Source of the DNA: Candidatus Chloroheliaceae bacterium | Lineage (GTDB): Bacteria > Chloroflexota > Chloroflexia > Chloroheliales > Chloroheliaceae | Assembly (NCBI GenBank): GCA_013390945.1 | Contig: JACAUC010000003.1 | Coordinates: 5,274 to 69,273 of the forward strand | DNA length: 64,000 bases | Direction: 5' to 3' | Shown here: in pieces, positions 58,698 to 64,000 of the stretch | Position numbering within the stretch: position 1 is the stretch's first letter | Layout: every line of letters begins with the position of its first letter | The notes under the pieces: model-generated | What the model was told of the DNA's origin: nothing | The model's database searches: none | Seen by the model: the letters and a program-made list of their open reading frames with translations, nothing else | Position numbers and translations under genes: made by a program

Positions 58698-59819
58698 ATG
58701 CCGCAGTTCCTAGAAGGAAGGGCAGAACAGGGGAGAGGTCAGGCCGATTGGCGCTGCCGATATGATGATGATTGGTGGTTAAATACCCAAGTTCGCGCAC
58801 TTCTTGGTTGCCCTACCGCTGTCCCCAAATTGCCACTCGAAACGGAAGTTGAATTCCGCGCTCGCCCTAAAGGTGACGATATTTCAGAGTGTACCGTCAA
58901 GGTCGAATCATTGGTGGAAGGGGTCAAAAAAACCCTTGAAATTAGTGCTTTAATTACAGACCTAGATGAACATACTCGCGAAAGTAAGGGTTTTGGTCGT
59001 ATTATTGTAGGTGACTTTATTCACCCCTTTGAGTGGCGCGGTACGGTCAAGCGCGAGACTTACGTACCTGATAGCAGTCTTAATCTGACTCGCTCACAAA
59101 CTTACATCGGTGGTCGGCTCTTACACGACGTGACCGCTCGTATCGCGTTGGATACCCCGATTGCCCGTGAAGCTTGGGAGCAGGTTCGCACTGTAACTGC
59201 TCGCAATAGCGATGTTTTGACCAAAACGGTCTTCTTTGGCCCACTCTGGCGCACGGCTGACCTAACCGGGCAGCTTTACGAGGATATTCAGGTGAAGACC
59301 CTCAGTGCCAGTGAAGGGAAAACCTTAAGTCGCGTCAGCTTTATCACCAGCGGTACAGGCCAAGTAGACAGTATTACTTACTGGACACGTCTCTTCCCCA
59401 TTTCGTTGCTCAAAGGACGTGAGGCTTTTGTCAAAGGTAAGTATGTAACCGATGCCAGTAGTATTAGGGTTTCGGTAGATGCCGAACTACCCGGTTTAGT
59501 GGAACGCAAAGATGGACTTCTAAAGGTAATTGACCACCCGCAGATACCCATCCTGCACCATGGCCTCGTTGGTCAGCCCATTCCGCTAGATCTGGATTTC
59601 AAGCTCAACCTAACGACACCCAATGGTTGGCGCATTAAAGAAGCCGATCCAAGTTATCGCAAGAAGATTGGTAAGAATGATTACCTATTCCAAGGCGGTG
59701 CCTATCTCAGTTTCGTCAATACTATCGCGCGTGGCAACTTAGCCCCGTTCGATGTCTGGTTTGATCGCGATGAGGCCGGTGCCTCGCTTAGCCCCAATGC
59801 AGCTATCGCAGTGAAGTAA
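58698..59819 (+). CDS. fmoA: Fenna-Matthews-Olson bacteriochlorophyll a protein
   Basis: 373 aa. Blocks align to Chlorobaculum FmoA: VGDFIHPFEWRG (cf VGDFSHTFSFEG), GGRLLHDVTARIALD (cf QGRQFHDILMKVPLD), VDSITYWTRLFP (cf VDSISRWAELFP), IDHPQIPILHHGLVG (cf LNHPLIPLVHHGMVG), QGGAYLSFV (cf SGGAYARWV). All five His ligands are conserved. RBS is taaggagg. Confidence 0.9.
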   Translation: MPQFLEGRAEQGRGQADWRCRYDDDWWLNTQVRALLGCPTAVPKLPLETEVEFRARPKGDDISECTVKVESLVEGVKKTLEISALITDLDEHTRESKGFGRIIVGDFIHPFEWRGTVKRETYVPDSSLNLTRSQTYIGGRLLHDVTARIALDTPIAREAWEQVRTVTARNSDVLTKTVFFGPLWRTADLTGQLYEDIQVKTLSASEGKTLSRVSFITSGTGQVDSITYWTRLFPISLLKGREAFVKGKYVTDASSIRVSVDAELPGLVERKDGLLKVIDHPQIPILHHGLVGQPIPLDLDFKLNLTTPNGWRIKEADPSYRKKIGKNDYLFQGGAYLSFVNTIARGNLAPFDVWFDRDEAGASLSPNAAIAVK

Positions 59820-60100
59820 CTTATCGGAGACCCGCTTTCAGCCATCAGCTTTTGATAAGTTGATGGCTGGCGGCGGATGGCTGATAGTTTTTTAACAACA
59901 AGCTACATCCAAGCTTATTTAAATGGCTGACTCGGCAAGATCGTTCTTTTGGTCGGCTGATGACCTTCTATCCGTAGGGGCCAACAGTGTAAAGTCGGCA
60001 AGCAAGAGCGGTTGAGGCGCAAGCGGTTGAGTCGGGCAGGCAGGTAAGCGAGCAAGTCAATATAGCTAGTGACAGTGAGTAAGTGAATCCACAAAACAAT

Positions 60101-60134
60101 GTCGGCTCTTTGAGTGAGGGAGCCGGCTTTTTTT
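60101..60134 (+). terminator. orphan rho-independent terminator ~280 nt downstream of fmoA
   Basis: GTCGGCTC-N11-GAGCCGGC stem followed by T7 (60128-60134). No ORF of 60 aa or more ends here. Confidence 0.5.
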
Positions 60135-60205
60135 ATGGGCAGTCTACTTAAATCTAAAACAATTTTGGTTTAGCCTTGGGCTTAGTACCATCTCAGTTAA
60201 TCGAA

Positions 60206-60249
60206 AAGAGGCTCCACCAGAAAGAAATAACTTTCTGGTGGAGCCTCTT
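60206..60249 (-). terminator. perfect 19-bp hairpin terminating the 32-aa minus-strand ORF
   Basis: AAGAGGCTCCACCAGAAAG-aaataa-CTTTCTGGTGGAGCCTCTT. On the minus strand it is followed by UUCGAUU, giving CUCUUUUCG. Confidence 0.55.
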
Positions 60250-60281
60250 GCGCTGTATCACCTCAAAAACCTGATAGACCG

Positions 60282-60380
60282 CTAAGAAGCCGCTACCGTA
60301 TTTAGAGCTAGAAACACTAAGCCAATTACACCAAAACCTAAGGATATTACGCGAGTTAAGTGTTGCTGATTTGTCTTCAT
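60282..60380 (-). CDS. candidate 32-aa single-TM peptide (below the ORF-track length cut-off)
   Basis: My translation is MKTNQQHLTRVISLGFGVIGLVFLALNTVAAS. A gaggt RBS lies 5 nt upstream of the ATG. A strong hairpin lies 30 nt downstream of the stop. Confidence 0.4.
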   Translation of the reverse strand: MKTNQQHLTRVISLGFGVIGLVFLALNTVAAS

Positions 60381-60497
60381 CTTTACCTCAAAATTTCTTG
60401 AAACAGATTGGGTTCCAAAGTTCCATAAAATCAGGTTACATAAATTTTTGGTCTATACAACTAAAACTAGTTAAAATCTATGCGTGTCAAACTACAC

Positions 60498-60535
60498 AAA
60501 AAAAACCAGTCTAAGTAGAATTCTACTTAGACTGG
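60498..60535 (-). terminator. rho-independent terminator after the 93-aa ORF
   Basis: CCAGTCTAAGTAG-aatt-CTACTTAGACTGG perfect 13-bp stem. A plus-strand A8 (60498-60505) gives U8 on the minus-strand transcript. Confidence 0.7.
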
Positions 60536-60556
60536 GAATTTATTTTGGTGGGATAA

Positions 60557-60838
60557 CTAAACGCGCTTTCGTCCTGTTTTGCCACTAAATAGTGCGGCTA
60601 GACCACTGGAGTTGTTGGCTACAATTTGGGTGGCTTTATTTTCGGCACTATTTGACGAAGGCAGTGTTTTGCCTTGCTTGAGGCGACCAATTAGTTTTGG
60701 TTTAGGAGTCAACAGGTCGCTGACAAAGGGATGCGCTCCCCATCTAGGTGCATCGGCGTGGTGCAGCACATAGCCTAAATTGAGGTCTTCATCGTGTATA
60801 CCGGGGGTAGGTTTTTTAGTTTTTGGTGATTCCATCAT
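60557..60838 (-). CDS. hypothetical small basic protein
   Basis: 93-aa ORF bracketed by a clean terminator. No motif recognised (HHADAPRWGAHPFVSD). Confidence 0.45.
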   Translation of the reverse strand: MMESPKTKKPTPGIHDEDLNLGYVLHHADAPRWGAHPFVSDLLTPKPKLIGRLKQGKTLPSSNSAENKATQIVANNSSGLAALFSGKTGRKRV

Positions 60839-60981
60839 TCATCTCTTCTTGTTATGTAAAATTTTGTTAAAATTAAACCAACCTAACAATACCACGAAAT
60901 GCCGCTAAATTCAAGTTTGGAATCAATCAATGGACGGAGCCATATCCCACAAGATTCGCGCTCTTGTAGGAAGCGGCTCAG

Positions 60982-62670
60982 TCAGCCGAATTTTAGAAAG
61001 GGAGCCGGGTCTACCACTTGGTTTTGATAGCGGATCTCATAATGGACATGTGGCCCAGTAGAATAGCCCGTATTGCCAGAAAGGGCAATCACTTCTCCGG
61101 CCTTCACCGTTTGACCTGCTACTACCAATAACCGCGAGTTGTGACCATAGATGGTGATGAAGCCTCCCGGATGGTTAATAAAAACTACTTGACCGTAGCC
61201 CCCACGCCCATCTCCCGCATATTCCACTACTCCACTGGCGGTAGCTTTTACTAGAGTTCCTTGTACTACCCCAATATCAATGCCCGTGTGAAATTCCATA
61301 CCAGACCCTACCTCAATGCTACTACTACTTACCACAGGCTCCTTCAGATTAATACTAGGGGTCGGGGTAAGCTCTGGTGTAGCGGTTGGGGTAACGTCGG
61401 GTAGAACGGTAAGCGTGGTGGTGATGGTGGTCTCTGGCGCAACTGTAGGTGTTGTGGTTGCGGTAAAGGTAGGCGTGGTGGTGGTTAGTGCCGGAAAAGG
61501 AGTCAGGGTAAGGGTTGGGGTGATAGTGGTTAGCATCGGAATACGGTTAATGATGGCAGGAGTGATATTGGTCTGTATTGGGATAGTGGCAGGGCGATTA
61601 CCCGTCAGAGAAGTTGGGGTTGGTGTCGTTGTGTTGGTTGGGCTGCTTGTAACTTGGGCTATTCCAGCGCGGGCGGTAGTCGGGTTATTTCCACCTTTGC
61701 CTTCAGCGACCGTTGTGCCACTATCTTCAGGCTTAGAATTTGTCGTGGTATCGGTAATAATAAGAATAGGACGTGGGCCAAAAGGTGACGTAATCGGGCC
61801 ATGAACCGGCCAGCCTTGCGGTGCGTAGCTAAGAGCGGCTAGTTTTTCGGCGGAAGTTCCCAAAATGGCTGCTACAATGCTAGGTGTTACGCTATTATTG
61901 CTACTAAGATTGCTGTGAGCCACGCCATTAGCAGCCGTCTCTACCCTGCTATAATTCAAGAATGATTCCCGTACCTCATTACCTAGCGTGGAAAGGTCTT
62001 GCGAAAAACTTAGTAGTTGTTCGTTAAAAGTCTTTAGTATTACCTTCTCTTCATTTACGCCACTTAGTGCCAAAGAAGTGCTGGTTGGAGTTGGTGTAGT
62101 AAAATCAGGAGTGAGGGTGGTGATTGGTAACGGAGTGTCGGTTGAGGTGGTAGAGCTAGGAACGGGGCTAGTGACTGGCAACAGGGTGCTGGTTGGAATG
62201 GGTGTTGTAAAATCAGGAGCAGGTAGGTTAAGATTTTTCTCAAGAGTAGCGGCATACTCCTTGAGTTTGTCTACCAAAATGTGCAATTCCAACAAATCTT
62301 GTCGTACAGATTCTAGATCATTTTGATAATGCCCTAGCACCGAATTATCCGGGTTTAACGGGTCTGAACTGGTCTGACCTTTAGCCGCAGCCGTTTGGGC
62401 TAATTTGGCGGACGTTTCCTTTTCTGTGTCCAATAATTTTTGAATACGATCCACTTCTTCCTTTTGCTTGGCGGCAACGCTGATTAGATCACTTCGTTTT
62501 CCAGCCGCAATAGTGGCTTGACGATCACGTTCTTGGCTCTCTTGGTTCCGCTGGGCTTTAAGTACATTTACCTCTTGGCTTAAGCTTTCTCCATCCCAGT
62601 ATAGTGACAGACTAAGCGCAATTGCTGCAAGTAGCAACCCGATTAGCCCAAGTATAATCCATTTTTTCAT
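60982..62670 (-). CDS. M23-family (LytM-type) metallopeptidase with an N-terminal TM, a coiled coil and Thr/Pro-rich linkers
   Basis: The C-terminal LytM domain is HTGIDIGVVQGTLVKATASGVV ... IYGHNSRLLVVAGQTVKAGEVIALSGNTGYSTGPHVHYEI (HxxxD and HxH). The N-terminal region is heptad-rich. Confidence 0.85.
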   Translation of the reverse strand: MKKWIILGLIGLLLAAIALSLSLYWDGESLSQEVNVLKAQRNQESQERDRQATIAAGKRSDLISVAAKQKEEVDRIQKLLDTEKETSAKLAQTAAAKGQTSSDPLNPDNSVLGHYQNDLESVRQDLLELHILVDKLKEYAATLEKNLNLPAPDFTTPIPTSTLLPVTSPVPSSTTSTDTPLPITTLTPDFTTPTPTSTSLALSGVNEEKVILKTFNEQLLSFSQDLSTLGNEVRESFLNYSRVETAANGVAHSNLSSNNSVTPSIVAAILGTSAEKLAALSYAPQGWPVHGPITSPFGPRPILIITDTTTNSKPEDSGTTVAEGKGGNNPTTARAGIAQVTSSPTNTTTPTPTSLTGNRPATIPIQTNITPAIINRIPMLTTITPTLTLTPFPALTTTTPTFTATTTPTVAPETTITTTLTVLPDVTPTATPELTPTPSINLKEPVVSSSSIEVGSGMEFHTGIDIGVVQGTLVKATASGVVEYAGDGRGGYGQVVFINHPGGFITIYGHNSRLLVVAGQTVKAGEVIALSGNTGYSTGPHVHYEIRYQNQVVDPAPFLKFG

Positions 62671-62885
62671 TCATATCCCAACTAGTCTTTTTGAGGGTCT
62701 ACCTATTAATGTTACTGCTTCTATTCTAACAAATTTGGTAAGAGAAGGTGTAAACGGAGACCTAAAATAATGTAAAGATTCTGTAATTGAATTTAAATTC
62801 TTTTTTGGACTTCTCTAAAGGTCAGACCCTAAGATTAAAATTGGGTTAGAGAATTTAAAAGCTGGAAATTGATAAGGAAATGGAC

Positions 62886-62914
62886 TTGACCGAGATAAGT
62901 GAATCCGGTATAAT
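62886..62914 (+). promoter_or_regulatory. sigma-70 type promoter (TTGACC-N17-TATAAT) upstream of rpoB
   Basis: TTGACC at 62886-62891, a 17-nt spacer and TATAAT at 62909-62914. It lies ~195 nt upstream of the rpoB ATG. Confidence 0.55.
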
Positions 62915-63110
62915 ACTAGCCTACCAAAATAATGAATACTGCCTTGAAGAAGGATGCACAGCATAACCCCCTGTAAAACCTAGGGTGGGTACTTGAAACC
63001 AGTTTCTAGATCTTAATTATAAAGATGAACCAAGAAAAATCAGTTTCAAAAGACCCATTTTAAGAGGAGGTAAATGCGTGTGCTTATCACTGTGTGAGGA
63101 GTAATTTTAC

Positions 63111-64000
63111 ATGTCAATTGCTGCCGTGAATCTGGAAACTCTCCCCTCTTATGCTTATCGTGTTTCCGAACAAGAAGACCTGCTCTTGCAGCGTCCTACC
63201 CGGCGTTGGTTTAGTCGAATCCCGACCGTATTAGAGATGCCCAAATTGATTCAAACGCAGGTGGACTCGTTTGAATGGTTTAAGAAGGAGGGCTTGCGAG
63301 AGCTTTTTGACGAGATTTCGCCGATTAGCGATTTTACGGGAAAGAGCATGGAGTTGCATTTCCTAGATTATAAATTTGATAAGCCGCGCTATAGTGATAG
63401 CGAGTGCCGGGATAGGGATGCGACGTTTGCTGCGCCGTTGCGGGTGAATGTGCGTTTAATAATAAAAGAGACGGGAGAGGTAAAGGATAGCGAGATTTTC
63501 ATGGGAGATTTCCCGATTATGAGCGAGAATGGAACGTTCGTAATAAATGGGGCGGAACGAGTGGTGGTGTCGCAGTTAGTGCGTAGTCCGGGTATTTATT
63601 TTATCAAGGATGAAGACCCGGTGAGTGGTCATCCCCTATTTGGGGCGAAACTGATTCCGAATCGGGGGGCGTGGCTGGAGTTTGAGACTAGTAATAAGAA
63701 TATAATCAGTGTGAAGGTAGACCGGAAGCGGAAGATACCAGTGACGGTTTTACTAAGGGCGGTCTTAGCGGTTCTAACGATGGAGGAGCATCCGGGGACG
63801 AAGCCTGGGGAGGTGGGAAGCGATGAGGATATACGGAAGCTCTTTGAGGAGGCGGATGTAAGCTCGCTCAATCCGAATACGAATGTGGGAACTGGCCCTA
63901 ATTCTACCCGTTGGTCAAATAGTCTGACGATTCAGCAGACGATAGATAAAGACCCTACGAAGAATGGGGAAGAAGCGTTGGTGGAGCTTTATAAGCGGCT
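63111..64000 (+). CDS. rpoB: DNA-directed RNA polymerase beta subunit, 5' part (runs off the window)
   Basis: Not in the ORF track because it has no stop in the window. My translation from the ATG at 63111 is [18 protein letters not shown] ... [31 protein letters not shown] ... [39 protein letters not shown]. These are canonical RpoB N-terminal blocks. Confidence 0.95.
   Translation, partial: MSIAAVNLETLPSYAYRVSEQEDLLLQRPTRRWFSRIPTVLEMPKLIQTQVDSFEWFKKEGLRELFDEISPISDFTGKSMELHFLDYKFDKPRYSDSECRDRDATFAAPLRVNVRLIIKETGEVKDSEIFMGDFPIMSENGTFVINGAERVVVSQLVRSPGIYFIKDEDPVSGHPLFGAKLIPNRGAWLEFETSNKNIISVKVDRKRKIPVTVLLRAVLAVLTMEEHPGTKPGEVGSDEDIRKLFEEADVSSLNPNTNVGTGPNSTRWSNSLTIQQTIDKDPTKNGEEALVELYKR

Noticed and set aside
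59923-60015. 30-aa plus-strand ORF (MADSARSFFWSADDLLSVGANSVKSASKSG) downstream of fmoA as a possible chlorosome or RC subunit.
   Set aside because: It has no RBS and no hydrophobic helix. It shows no similarity to CsmA (no GHW motif). I treat the region as UTR or a possible sRNA instead.
1-64000. Search for tRNA, rRNA, CRISPR arrays, IS transposases, integrases and toxin-antitoxin or restriction/defence modules.
   Set aside because: I saw none. The intergenic regions have no T-loop (GGTTCGAATCC-like) sequences and no regularly spaced direct repeats. No ORF carries DDE, tyrosine-recombinase or nuclease motifs that I could recognise by eye.

Overview
This is a 64-kb, densely coding bacterial chromosomal window. 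I found no rRNA, tRNA, CRISPR array, transposase or integrase. The main content is a phototrophy neighbourhood in three parts. (1) bchX-bchY-bchZ (chlorophyllide a oxidoreductase) lies on the minus strand at 21.7-25.8 kb. (2) bchD, bchI and a BchO-like alpha/beta hydrolase lie on the minus strand at 49.3-55.5 kb. (3) Divergent from that hydrolase is a plus-strand cluster at 56.0-59.8 kb. It encodes a membrane-anchored monoheme c-type cytochrome, a compact 595-aa PscA/PshA/PsaA-like type I (Fe-S type) reaction-centre core protein, and an FmoA (Fenna-Matthews-Olson BChl a protein) homologue. The core protein keeps the FX cysteine loop (FDYPCLGPAYGGTC) and the GHLVW special-pair histidine motif. 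The FmoA keeps all five canonical histidine ligands. The surrounding genes do not resemble Chlorobiota, Heliobacteria or Acidobacteria. Many secreted proteins carry Thr/Pro-rich linkers, rpoB is detached from the ribosomal-protein operon, and there is a Tad/Flp pilus locus with a REC-CpaE fusion. The most interesting reading is therefore a type I reaction centre plus FMO system in an atypical, Chloroflexota-like host. An RCI-bearing Chloroflexota lineage (Ca. Chlorohelix) has been reported, but I cannot verify identity from sequence alone. Other content: a complete tad locus (giant Flp pilin, cpaB, REC-cpaE, cpaF, tadB, tadC, DUF192); a visibly AT-richer 7.4-kb glycan-modification island flanked by two direct copies of a ~90-100 bp MITE-like palindromic element, with a third copy at 9.1 kb; a tandem duplication of PQQ-like beta-propeller lipoprotein genes; a MerR regulator next to a signal-peptide-less alpha-2-macroglobulin-like protein with a CCEQ thioester-like motif; cell-wall enzymes (D,D-carboxypeptidase, polysaccharide deacetylase, M23 peptidase); hpf, rbsK, comF, a 7Fe ferredoxin, an ArsR regulator; and the 5' part of rpoB. 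All functional calls come from motif recognition by eye. No searches were run.
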